40,593 bases of DNA, taken from assembly GCA_031283755.1 (NCBI GenBank), contig JAITBE010000130.1, positions 1 through 40,593 on the forward strand, written 5' to 3'. How positions within the stretch are numbered: the stretch's first letter is position 1; every line of letters starts with the position of its first letter. This document shows, in pieces, positions 18,100-27,106 of the stretch. The position numbers and the translations under genes are program-made. The notes under the pieces were generated by a model. It did no database searches, was not told the DNA's origin, and worked only from the letters and a program-made list of their open reading frames with translations. This DNA comes from Spirochaetaceae bacterium (lineage in GTDB: Bacteria; Spirochaetota; Spirochaetia; Treponematales; Breznakiellaceae).

Positions 18100-19785
18100 A
18101 TGAGAAGCGATGTTGTTAATAAGGGACTAGCCCGGGCGCCGCACCGATCCCTTTTTAAGGCGCTGGGGTTCATTGACGAGGAGTTTAGCCGGCCGCTTAT
18201 CGGTATTGCGGCGGCGAAGAGTGAGATCGTTCCGGGGCATATACATCTGGATACCCTGGCCAAGGCCGCCGCCGACGGGGTGCGCCTCGCCGGGGGGGTA
18301 CCGGTAACGTTTCCGGTGATCGGGGTATGTGACGGAATCGCCATGGGCCATGAGGGGATGCGTTATTCCCTTCCGACCCGGGAGCTTATCGCCGATTCCA
18401 TTGAATGTATGGTTATGGCCCATGGGTTTGACGCGCTGATTTTTATCCCCAACTGCGACAAGATCGTACCGGGAATGCTCATGGCCGCGGCGCGGCTCAA
18501 CCTGCCCGCGGTTTTTGTCTCCGGGGGCCCTATGCTGGCGGGCCGCCGGAAGGGCGCGGGGCGGAACGCCCCTCCCCTGACCCTGACCACCATGTTTGAG
18601 GCGGTGGGGGCCGTGGGGGCGGGTAAAATGGACGAGGCCGAACTCGCCGCCCTGGAGGACGCCGCCTGTCCGGGCTGCGGTTCCTGTGCGGGGATGTTCA
18701 CCGCCAATTCCATGAACTGCGTTACCGAAGCCCTGGGGATGGCCCTGCCGGGGAACGGCACTATCCCCGCGGTAATGGCGGAACGACAGCGGCTTGCCAA
18801 GAAGACCGGGATTTTAGCCCTGGAGGTTTTGCGAAAGGATCTGCGCCCCCGGTCCATTCTGACCATGGGGGCCTTTATGAACGCCCTGGCCTTGGATATG
18901 GCCCTGGGTTGTTCCACCAATACCGCCCTGCACCTTCCCGCCATAGCCTACGAGGCGGGTTTCAGCCTGGGCCTGGATCTGCTCAACCGGGTCAGCGCCG
19001 TAACCCCCAACCTTTGCAAGCTCGCCCCGGCGGGACCGGCGGCTATTGAGGACCTCCATGCCGCCGGGGGCGTAAGCGCCGTGCTCGCGGAACTGGCCAA
19101 GAGGAACCTGATCGATCCCAAGGCCCCTACGGTATACGGCGTCCTGGGGGACGCGCTGGAGGGCGCGGAAAACCGGAATACCGAAGTCATCCGGCCCATA
19201 GAGCATCCTTATTCGGCAACCGGGGGTCTCGCCGCCCTGTGGGGAAACCTTGCCCCCGAGGGCTGCGTGGTCAAACAAAGCGCCGTGGACCCTTCAATGT
19301 TGAAGCACGAGGGCCCGGCCCGGATTTTCGATTCCGAAGAGACCGCTTTTGACGCCATCATGGGCGGAAAGATAGTTCCGGGGGACGTGATCGTCATCCG
19401 TTATGAGGGACCCAAGGGCGGGCCGGGAATGAAGGAGAAACTCGCCCCAACCGCCGCTTTGGCGGGCCGGGGACTGGACGATAAGGTGGCCCTCATCACC
19501 GACGGCCGCTTCTCCGGGGCGACCAAGGGGGCCGCCATAGGCCACGTCTCTCCGGAGGCCGCCGAAGGGGGACCCATCGCCCTGCTTGAAGAAGGGGACC
19601 GTATCGTCATTGACATTGAGGGCAGGAGCATCAACGTCCGGTTGGACGATAAGGAATTGGCCCGGCGGAAGGCCGTCTGGAAGCCCCTGCCCCCCAAGGT
19701 AAGTTCCGGTTACCTTGCCCGGTATGCCCGGCAGGTAAGTTCCGCCGCCGCGGGAGCGGTGTTCAAGGTGCCTGGCATCGATTAA
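18100..19785 (+). CDS. ilvD: Dihydroxy-acid dehydratase
   Basis: [58 protein letters not shown]. Confidence 0.96.
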   Translation: MRSDVVNKGLARAPHRSLFKALGFIDEEFSRPLIGIAAAKSEIVPGHIHLDTLAKAAADGVRLAGGVPVTFPVIGVCDGIAMGHEGMRYSLPTRELIADSIECMVMAHGFDALIFIPNCDKIVPGMLMAAARLNLPAVFVSGGPMLAGRRKGAGRNAPPLTLTTMFEAVGAVGAGKMDEAELAALEDAACPGCGSCAGMFTANSMNCVTEALGMALPGNGTIPAVMAERQRLAKKTGILALEVLRKDLRPRSILTMGAFMNALALDMALGCSTNTALHLPAIAYEAGFSLGLDLLNRVSAVTPNLCKLAPAGPAAIEDLHAAGGVSAVLAELAKRNLIDPKAPTVYGVLGDALEGAENRNTEVIRPIEHPYSATGGLAALWGNLAPEGCVVKQSAVDPSMLKHEGPARIFDSEETAFDAIMGGKIVPGDVIVIRYEGPKGGPGMKEKLAPTAALAGRGLDDKVALITDGRFSGATKGAAIGHVSPEAAEGGPIALLEEGDRIVIDIEGRSINVRLDDKELARRKAVWKPLPPKVSSGYLARYARQVSSAAAGAVFKVPGID

Positions 19786-19803
19786 CCTGGAGGAAAAAGT
19801 AGC

Positions 19804-21576
19804 ATGTTATACTCTGGCGCCCGTATTTTAATAGAGGCCCTGATTGAGCAGGGGGTGGATACGGTATTTGGATTCCCCGGCGGGGCGGTTTTATTTATAT
19901 ACGATGAGTTATTTAAACAACGGGACCGGATCCGGCATATCCTGGTGAGTCACGAACAACACGCCGCCCATGCGGCGGATGGTTACGCCCGGTCTACCGG
20001 AAAAGTGGGGGTATGTATCGCCACATCAGGTCCCGGCGCAACCAACCTGGTAACCGGTATTGCCACCGCCGCCATGGACTCGGTCCCGCTGGTGGCGATC
20101 ACCGGAAATGTAACCCTTCCCCTTTTGGGGAAGGACAGCTTTCAGGAAGTGGACATCGCCGGGATCACCATGCCCGTGGTCAAACATAACTGGATCGTCA
20201 AGGACGTGAAGGAACTGGCCGAAGTGATCCGGGAGGCCTTTATCGTGGCCCGGACTGCCCGGCCCGGGCCGGTACTCATCGATCTTCCCAAGGACATCAC
20301 CTCCTCCATGGGGGAATGGATCCCCCTGGATGACTCGGGACGGAAAGGCCGGGCCAAAAAGTGGGCCCTGTCGTCCCTGCCCGCCGCCGTGGAAAGCGCC
20401 GGGCAGGGAACCGCCGCCGGAGCCCGGGCCCGGCGGCTTCTGGGACGGATCAGGGGGGCCACCTATACCGAAGAGGACATAAACCGGGCGGTGGAACTCT
20501 TGGGCAGCGCCCAGCGGCCGGTGATCTATGCCGGGGGCGGGGTTATCATCTCCGATGCTTCCGGGGAGCTTACCCAGTTGGCGGAACGGCTCAACGCGCC
20601 GGTGGCCCTGAGCCTCATGGGGATTGGGGCCATTCCCCGGGAACACCGGCTCTGTACGGGGCTTATCGGGATGCACGGCACCGTGGCCTCCAACAAGGCG
20701 GTTCAAAAGGCGGACCTCCTCGTGGCCGTGGGGGCCCGGTTTTCCGACCGGGTTACCAGCCGGACCGACCGGTTCGCCAAGGGGGCGAAGATCCTGCACC
20801 TTGATATTGATCCCGCGGAAATTAACAAAAACATCCGGACCGAAGCCTGGGTGGTGGGGGATATCAAAGATATTATCCAAAAACTTCTAAAAAAACTCCC
20901 CCCGGCCCTGGCAGCCGACTGGAACGGGGAAATTGAAAAATGGAAAGCCCATGTCCCCGCGGCCCATCACCGAAAGACCAAACTCCACCCCCGGTTCGTC
21001 ATCGAGGAGACCGCCCGGGGCCTGGGCTATGACGCCCTGGTAGCCACCGATGTGGGGCAGCACCAGATGTGGACCGCCCAGTTTTATCCCTTCTCCAGGC
21101 CCCGTTCCTTTCTTACTTCCGGAGGCTTGGGGACCATGGGTTTTGGCCTGGGAGCAATCATGGGGGCAAAAATAGCAAACCCCAAACGGCCCGCGGCCCT
21201 TTTTACCGGGGACGGTTCCTTCAGGATGAACTGTGCCGAAATGGCAACCATCGCCGCCTACGGGCTTCCCATCCTGATCCTGATCTTCAACAACCGGACC
21301 CTGGGGATGGTCCGGCAGTGGCAGACCCTTTTTTACGAGGAACGTTACGCGGAGACCACCCTGGACCGGCCCCCGGATTTTGTGAAACTCGCCGGGGCCT
21401 ATGGGCTTTCAGGCTATCGGGCCGATAATGAGGATTCTTTCCGGGAAGCCCTGGATACGGCTTTGCGGGAACTGGCCCGGGGCAGGGCGGCGTTGATTGA
21501 CGCCCACATCGACCAGGATGAAAAGGTCCTGCCCATGGTTCCCGGGGGAAAAGCCATTGACGAACAGATTTTATAG
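19804..21576 (+). CDS. ilvB: Acetolactate synthase, large (catalytic) subunit
   Basis: FGFPGGAV, HEQHAAHAADGYAR, TSGPGATN, FQEVD, DVGQHQMW, SGGLGTMGFG, GDGSFRMN..NNRTLGMVRQWQ. Confidence 0.96.
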   Translation: MLYSGARILIEALIEQGVDTVFGFPGGAVLFIYDELFKQRDRIRHILVSHEQHAAHAADGYARSTGKVGVCIATSGPGATNLVTGIATAAMDSVPLVAITGNVTLPLLGKDSFQEVDIAGITMPVVKHNWIVKDVKELAEVIREAFIVARTARPGPVLIDLPKDITSSMGEWIPLDDSGRKGRAKKWALSSLPAAVESAGQGTAAGARARRLLGRIRGATYTEEDINRAVELLGSAQRPVIYAGGGVIISDASGELTQLAERLNAPVALSLMGIGAIPREHRLCTGLIGMHGTVASNKAVQKADLLVAVGARFSDRVTSRTDRFAKGAKILHLDIDPAEINKNIRTEAWVVGDIKDIIQKLLKKLPPALAADWNGEIEKWKAHVPAAHHRKTKLHPRFVIEETARGLGYDALVATDVGQHQMWTAQFYPFSRPRSFLTSGGLGTMGFGLGAIMGAKIANPKRPAALFTGDGSFRMNCAEMATIAAYGLPILILIFNNRTLGMVRQWQTLFYEERYAETTLDRPPDFVKLAGAYGLSGYRADNEDSFREALDTALRELARGRAALIDAHIDQDEKVLPMVPGGKAIDEQIL

Positions 21577-21620
21577 GCGGACCGGCCCGGGGGCAAAAGT
21601 ATTTGCTCTTTGAACCCATC

Positions 21621-22214
21621 CTACCTGAGTTTTTTTAGTTTGCTCAAAAACAAGAGGCTGTTGGCTTCGGCCATGGCCTTGAGCCGCTCAAAATCTTCTT
21701 TGGTTTCCGTATCGGATCCGGCAAGGATCAGATCCGCCCTCTGGCGGCGGTACCAGAGGTAGTGTTTGTACGGAATCAGTTTCCCCGGATGTTCTTCATA
21801 GATGCGGTGTTCCAAAAATTCCGCCAGGGTAATATGGTTGTCCTCCCCGGAAAGCCAATAGATATCATCATTGGTAAAAAACAGGACCACCCGCCGGAAT
21901 CCCTCCCCCAAGCAGGCGTCGTTTTTAAAACCCGCAAAGATCAGGTTTTGTCTTCCCAGACTCAGGTCATACCCTTCAAGCCGGAGCTGCTTCCGCAGTT
22001 CCGTTATTTCCCCGCGGATTTTGCTGATTTCTTCGGGACTTCTCCGTTTTACCTGGAGGCGGGCCCGCCATTCCCGTAATTGATTTTCATAATGATAAAA
22101 TTCCTTGGTTCTGCTTAAAAACAGAGTGGTCTCCGAGAGCAGTTTCCAAATGTCCGGGAGAAAATCCTGAAAGACCTGCTCCAGCAATGATTGTTTTTTC
22201 ATTTTCTTTTTCAT
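21621..22214 (-). CDS. Hypothetical protein
   Basis: About 197-aa ORF with protein-like composition filling the gap. ATG 22214 preferred because the longer start lies inside a family A repeat. Confidence 0.7.
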   Translation of the reverse strand: MKKKMKKQSLLEQVFQDFLPDIWKLLSETTLFLSRTKEFYHYENQLREWRARLQVKRRSPEEISKIRGEITELRKQLRLEGYDLSLGRQNLIFAGFKNDACLGEGFRRVVLFFTNDDIYWLSGEDNHITLAEFLEHRIYEEHPGKLIPYKHYLWYRRQRADLILAGSDTETKEDFERLKAMAEANSLLFLSKLKKLR

Positions 22215-22267
22215 AGTGAACCGGCGCGGTTGTTTTTTAGCGCTCCGTCTACTATATATTATAGAGA

Positions 22268-22350
22268 GGGCGATGTTTTTTAAATGCCGAATTTTGAAAA
22301 ACGCTCTAAATTTAAACGATTTTTCCAAAACTAACGTTTCGGGAAAGTCC
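22268..22350. repeat. Degenerate family A repeat(s)
   Basis: GCCGAATTTTGAAAAA (22286-22301) is identical to 13593-13608; a second imperfect hairpin TTTTCCAAAAC...GTTTCGGGAAA follows. Confidence 0.6.
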
Positions 22351-22366
22351 CTAAAGATCGGCCATA

Positions 22367-23149
22367 ATGCGAATTTTAGTAATTTCCGATATACATGCCA
22401 ATTTGGCGGCCTTTACCGCCGTCCTCCGCCGGACCAGGGAGGAACGGGACCTTATCCTCTGCCTGGGAGATATGGTGGGGTACGGCCCGGATCCCAACGA
22501 ATGTGTGGAGCTTGCGGCGGAAGTTTCAGCTCTTATCCTGGGAGGCAACCACGATCTTGCCGTGGGAAAGGTCATTACGGCCAAGGACTTTGCTCCCCAC
22601 GCAAAAAAATCTCTCCGCTGGACCGGTTTGGTCCTTTCGGCGGCGAACAAGGCCTATCTTTCCCGGCTCCAACCCCGGCTTGAATATCCTTCCTCCGGGG
22701 ATACTCCCCCGGATGTCCCGGAACCGCTCCTCCTCTCCCATGGGGGGCCGGAGGACCCCATCTGGAGTTATATTCTCTCCGAAATTGACGCGGAAGCAGC
22801 CTTTCGGCAGGTTGATTTTTCCCGGTGTTTTTTCGGTCATACCCATCTTCCCTCGGTCTTTGTGCTGAATACCGGCGGGACAGATAGGGGACCGGCCCAT
22901 TGTACCGGCCGTTATGGCCCCCCGGACACGGTGGTGGAAACCGGCCGTCAAGACGCGCGGTTCCTCCTCAATCCCGGAAGCGTCGGTTTTCCCCGAAACG
23001 AGGACGAGGCTCCTTCCTGGGACCGGCGTTTTCACGCGGTTGCCCGGTATGCCCTGTTTGACTTGGAAAGCGGACTTTGGCAATTCAAGGGAATCGAATA
23101 TGATATGGGGGATACCCTGGAACGGATGGTAAAATTCGGATTATGGTGA
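22367..23149 (+). CDS. Calcineurin-like metallophosphoesterase
   Basis: SDIHAN, LGDMVGYG, GNHD, SHG, FGHTH, NPGSVG. Confidence 0.9.
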   Translation: MRILVISDIHANLAAFTAVLRRTREERDLILCLGDMVGYGPDPNECVELAAEVSALILGGNHDLAVGKVITAKDFAPHAKKSLRWTGLVLSAANKAYLSRLQPRLEYPSSGDTPPDVPEPLLLSHGGPEDPIWSYILSEIDAEAAFRQVDFSRCFFGHTHLPSVFVLNTGGTDRGPAHCTGRYGPPDTVVETGRQDARFLLNPGSVGFPRNEDEAPSWDRRFHAVARYALFDLESGLWQFKGIEYDMGDTLERMVKFGLW

Positions 23150-23230
23150 GATTTCCAACCGGCGCGGCAATGCTTTTACGGTGGGCCGGTGTTATCCCCA
23201 GGTAAGCGGAATTCCGGGGTTTCTCCCCCA

Positions 23231-24445
23231 TTAGCCTTCTTTGACGGCCTGGGCCAGTTTTTTTCCCGCTTCTTCCAGGGCCGCAAGGTCCCCGGCGGCG
23301 GGGGCGCCGGCCCATTCCAGGGCATCGCGGCTGTTCCATTTAAGCCCTTCAATAGCCGCGTCATATTCCTTTTTTGCGCCCCCGACCCAGCCCCAGGAGC
23401 CGATCCGGAGGACGGTTTTTCCGTAAATATGCTTCCGCCGGAAGATATCCAGGACATAGGCCATGGGGGGGAACATGGCGTATTCGTAGGTAGGCATGGC
23501 TAGGACCAGGCCGGCGCTTTTGTAGGCGTCCGCCAACACCCAGGATACGTTTTCATCGGGAACCCGGTGTATTGAGTAGGGAATTTCCTGGCTCTCTATG
23601 CCCCGGATAACCGCGTCCAGCCCCTGTTTGGTATTACCGTACATGGAGCCCCAAATCACGGCAATTTCCTTTTCCGCCGGCCCCTTGGCATAGGAAGCAT
23701 ACCGGAGGTACCGGTCGATAATGGTTTTGGGATTTTTCCGCCACACCATGCCATGGCTGGGGGCCACCACCTTAATGGGGAGGCCGGCGAGTTTTTGTAT
23801 TCCCCGTTCCACAAAAACCGAAAAGGAAGAAACAATATTGGCGTAATACCGGAGGGTCTCTTTTTCAAAAAAGGCCAATTCTTCCCGGGTAAATTCATCG
23901 TCAAAGATCCTATCCCCCAGGGCCCCGAAGGATCCGAAGGCGTCACAGGAAAACACCGTCCCCGAAAGGGGTTCCCAGGTAACCATGGTTTCGGGCCAAT
24001 GGATATTGGGGGTTTCAAAAAAGGTGAGGATCTTCCCTTCCCCCAGATCCAAGGTATCCCCGTCTTTTACCGACCGCAATCCGCGGTCGATATGAAAAAA
24101 GGATTTGACCAGGTTTATCCCTTTGGCGGTGGCGAGGATCTCCGCCCGGGGGTTTTTTTCCCGGAATTCCCGCAGCCAGCCGGAATGATCCGGTTCCAGG
24201 TGATTGAGAATAAGGTAATCAATGGAACCAAAGTTAAGGCCGACAGAAGCCAGGGCCTTTTCCACCTGGCCCGACGCATCGGACCAGTCCCGAAAAAGAT
24301 CGACAAGGGCGATTTTTTCCCCTTTGATTACATAAGAATTAAGGGAAACCCCCTGGGGAATAGGCCAAATTCCCTCGAATAAATCGGTAGTTTCGATATC
24401 CGCATGCACCCCGTAAATAAAATCAGCAATAGAATACGCTTTCAT
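23231..24445 (-). CDS. fprA: Flavodiiron protein (A-type flavoprotein, O2/NO reductase)
   Basis: NHLEPDHSG, HWPE, SCDAFG, PSHG, and flavodoxin domain WGSMYGNT. Confidence 0.92.
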   Translation of the reverse strand: MKAYSIADFIYGVHADIETTDLFEGIWPIPQGVSLNSYVIKGEKIALVDLFRDWSDASGQVEKALASVGLNFGSIDYLILNHLEPDHSGWLREFREKNPRAEILATAKGINLVKSFFHIDRGLRSVKDGDTLDLGEGKILTFFETPNIHWPETMVTWEPLSGTVFSCDAFGSFGALGDRIFDDEFTREELAFFEKETLRYYANIVSSFSVFVERGIQKLAGLPIKVVAPSHGMVWRKNPKTIIDRYLRYASYAKGPAEKEIAVIWGSMYGNTKQGLDAVIRGIESQEIPYSIHRVPDENVSWVLADAYKSAGLVLAMPTYEYAMFPPMAYVLDIFRRKHIYGKTVLRIGSWGWVGGAKKEYDAAIEGLKWNSRDALEWAGAPAAGDLAALEEAGKKLAQAVKEG

Positions 24446-24468
24446 AAACCTCTGATAAAAATATCCAC

Positions 24469-24596
24469 AGAGCCTTTTTCAAAATTCGGTTGGTTTTGAA
24501 AAAGGCTTTGGAAAAACGGACTAAAGCCCCCTTTTCCCTTTAAATCCTAACGGGCTGTCTAAAACCCATGGTTTTATCGGATTTTCAAACAGCCTC
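24469..24596. repeat. Composite family A repeat
   Basis: Perfect 14-bp arms AGCCTTTTTCAAAA (24471-24484) and TTTTGAAAAAGGCT (24494-24507); linker GGAAAAACGGACTAAAGCCCCCTTTTCC; second hairpin GGCTGTCTAAAA...TTTTCAAACAGCC. Confidence 0.75.
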
Positions 24597-24813
24597 AACC
24601 ATTCCGGCAATCAGAATCAACATTCTTTAAAATCCTGTTTGCCGGAGAAAATACCGGACCTTTTACCCCTGGCCCGTGGGGAATATAAACCGGGACTCAT
24701 AGGCTGTCCATCCTATAAAACCGGCCGCATTATAGACAAGCCCTGCATTTAGGTGCGCATATACGGTTTGAGAGGCAAGCTGCCAGTGAATGACCGCCCC
24801 TTATATTGACAAA

Positions 24814-24950
24814 ACCGGTTTCAAAACCCATATTTTTTGAAACCGGTCTTTAGTCCGCTTTTTATCCAAAATCTAAGATCGTCTGACAAACAAAGCTCCT
24901 CCTTCAAAAATCGCCGCCCCTTCGGACCAGCGGATTTTGAAAGAACCCCG
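24814..24950. repeat. Composite family A repeat, opposite orientation
   Basis: Perfect 13-bp arms ACCGGTTTCAAAA (24814-24826) and TTTTGAAACCGGT (24835-24847). CTTTAGTCCG (24848-24857) is the reverse complement of 24517-24526. A further TTCAAAA...TTTTGAA follows. Confidence 0.7.
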
Positions 24951-24990
24951 GCCGGCTCTACATAATAAGACCCATTATAACTCCAAAGCC

Positions 24991-25428
24991 TTACCGTTTT
25001 AGGACGGAAACAACCCGTTCCAAGACTTTTTTTCGGTCTAGAGGTTTGACAATATAGCTCTTAGCTCCCATAAGAAGAGATTTTTTAACCACATCCTCTT
25101 TTCCCAGGGCGCTGACCATAATAACGGTTGCGTTTTTGTCAAATTCCAATATTTTTTCTAAAGCCGAAACACCGTCCATTACCGGCATAGTGATGTCCAT
25201 GGTTACCAAATCGATATTTGGGTACAGCTCTTTGTACTTTTCGACCCCTTGGGCCCCATCGGCGGCGGTACCCGCAACTTCAAAACCCTCGGAAGTAAAA
25301 ATTTGACCAAGTTGTTTTGCGATAAACATGGAATCGTCGACTACGAGAACCCGGTAAGAGCTGCCTTCAGGTTTGATACCCTCCGGCGGCTTCTCATTGA
25401 TGCTGGGCATATCACTCTTTGCTATCAT
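24991..25428 (-). CDS. cheY: Chemotaxis response regulator CheY (treponemal type with N-terminal extension)
   Basis: Single REC domain VLVVDDS..DLVTMDITMP..SALG..YIVKP; N-terminal extension resembles the treponemal CheY as I recall it; SD GAGGAG. Confidence 0.85.
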   Translation of the reverse strand: MIAKSDMPSINEKPPEGIKPEGSSYRVLVVDDSMFIAKQLGQIFTSEGFEVAGTAADGAQGVEKYKELYPNIDLVTMDITMPVMDGVSALEKILEFDKNATVIMVSALGKEDVVKKSLLMGAKSYIVKPLDRKKVLERVVSVLKR

Positions 25429-25452
25429 GCGGTACGCTCCTCTACTTCTTAT

Positions 25453-25481
25453 ACTTTACGGTATAGAATAAGACAAGTCAA
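25453..25481 (-). promoter_or_regulatory. sigma70-type promoter of cheY
   Basis: Minus strand TTGACT-17-TAAAGT. Confidence 0.55.
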
Positions 25482-25520
25482 GGTCCTATTCTATTACCGC
25501 AATGCGAATAAGGATATAAC

Positions 25521-26531
25521 ATGGAAAATTATATTATAAATAAACCATTATTGCTAGCTCCCATGGCTGAAATAAGCCATCGGGCCCTGCGGGAATTGAT
25601 TGTCTCCTTTGGCGGCTGCGATGAATATTATACGGAGATGATAAGCGCCGGGGCCCTGTTGGGGGGCGGCCCCTTTGAGGCCTATTATACCGACGGAGGG
25701 CCCTGTCCCGATCGGGTGGTATATCAGCTGGCAGGGACCAGCGGGGAACAGTTGGCCGCGGCGGCGGCTGTTCTGGACCGGAAGGAAAAGGCCGGGATCG
25801 ACATCAATATGGGATGTTCCGCCCCGGCCATCGTGAGGACCGGCGCCGGTGTCCGGTGGATGGATTCCCCGGATAGGGCGGGGGAGATGATCCGCCGGGT
25901 ACGGAGGGGGATAAAGGGACGGTTGAGCGTAAAACTCAGGACAGGTCCGGCGGATGATCCGGAATACCTCATCCGGTTCTGTAAGCGCCTTGAATCGGAA
26001 GGGGTGGAGCGGATCACCCTCCATCCCCGGACGGCAAAGGAAAAGTTTAAGCGCCGGGCCCGCTGGGAATATGTGGGGCTTCTCCGGGGGGCTTTGGGCA
26101 TTCCCGTGGCGGGTAACGGGGATATAGACAGCGCCGAAGACCTGGTCCGCCGGGCCGCGGGGGACTGTGACGGGGTTATGATTGGCCGCCTCGCGGTTCG
26201 CGCCCCCTGGATCTTCGCCCAAGTCCGCGGGCCTGTTCTCCCGGCCGGCCCTGAAACGGCCCGGGCCCCGGCGATTTTTCCGGAAACGGTCAACCTGGAA
26301 GAAATTGCCCTCCGGTTTCTTGAACTTTTGGAACAATACCAGCCCCGGGAATTCCATTTAAGCAGGGCCCGCCGTTTTTTTACCTACTTTTGCGATAACC
26401 TCCTCTGGGGCACCTACCTAAAGACCCTGCTGGCCCGGGAGCAGGAACTTTCCGCCATGGCCCGCCTGCTCTCGGCCTACTTCCGGGAACATCCGGAACA
26501 AAGGGATCTGCCGGTTTCCCAGGGAAGATGA
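25521..26531 (+). CDS. dus: tRNA-dihydrouridine synthase family protein
   Basis: LAPMAEIS, YTEMIS, IDINMGCS, SVKLR, LHPRT, GNGDI, GVMIGR..PWIF. Confidence 0.9.
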   Translation: MENYIINKPLLLAPMAEISHRALRELIVSFGGCDEYYTEMISAGALLGGGPFEAYYTDGGPCPDRVVYQLAGTSGEQLAAAAAVLDRKEKAGIDINMGCSAPAIVRTGAGVRWMDSPDRAGEMIRRVRRGIKGRLSVKLRTGPADDPEYLIRFCKRLESEGVERITLHPRTAKEKFKRRARWEYVGLLRGALGIPVAGNGDIDSAEDLVRRAAGDCDGVMIGRLAVRAPWIFAQVRGPVLPAGPETARAPAIFPETVNLEEIALRFLELLEQYQPREFHLSRARRFFTYFCDNLLWGTYLKTLLAREQELSAMARLLSAYFREHPEQRDLPVSQGR

Positions 26532-26535
26532 CATA

Positions 26536-26565
26536 TTGACACCTTAGGGAAAGTATGGATATATT
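26536..26565 (+). promoter_or_regulatory. sigma70-type promoter upstream of tRNA-Glu
   Basis: TTGACA-18-TATATT. Confidence 0.55.
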
Positions 26566-26592
26566 ACAATTCAACGTAATTCGTTATAGGAT

Positions 26593-26656
26593 GAGGCTTT
26601 TTCAAAATGCCGGATCTTGAAAAGCTTCGGGAAATAATCTTGCGGGTAAAGCCCCG
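26593..26656. repeat. Family A repeat in the tRNA-Glu leader
   Basis: GAGGCTTTTTCAAA (26593-26606) is identical to 13579-13592 and pairs with TTGAAAAGCTTC. GGTAAAGCCCCG (26645-26656) is identical to 7271-7282. Confidence 0.7.
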
Positions 26657-26669
26657 GATCGTTTGGCCG

Positions 26670-26741
26670 GGCCCCTTCGTCTATCGGTTAGGACATGAGA
26701 TTCTCAATCTTAAAAGAGGGGTTCAATTCCCCTAGGGGCTA
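26670..26741 (+). tRNA. tRNA-Glu (anticodon CTC), CCA not encoded
   Basis: Acceptor GGCCCCT/AGGGGCT, D arm GTC-TATCGGTTAG-GAC, anticodon arm TGAGA-TTCTCAA-TCTTA, T arm AGGGG-TTCAATT-CCCCT. Confidence 0.96.
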
Positions 26742-27106
26742 AAACAGTATACACGATAACGGGGAATTGAACCTCCGCCGGCCCAGGGGAAAAAAGCGCC
26801 GATGAGGGTTAAAAGACGGCCCGAGGGGAGCAAACAGGAAGTTTGCGGGCGGCGGGTTCAATTTCTTTAGGGGGCCGGGCCATTTTCTGTCAAGTCCTTC
26901 CTGGCTAACCCGGCAGAAATGCGCATTGGGGCTGTCCCAAAAGATAAAGAAAACTTGTTGGATCGCTTTCTTAGTGCGGCATTTGCATAACAAATGTCTT
27001 CAACCATAGGTCCGCAGCTGTCCGGGAAGTAACCAAGCCCGGATAATCCACCGGGTGGTTGAACAAGTCCATTGACCGATTCAGAAAAGAGGACATATAG
27101 TTATTT

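Noticed and set aside
27005-27040. SRP RNA-like string TAGGTCCG...GGGAAGTAACC
   Set aside because: Lacks the GNRA tetraloop, exact CAGG/AGCA internal loop and long closing helix. An Rfam scan would settle it.
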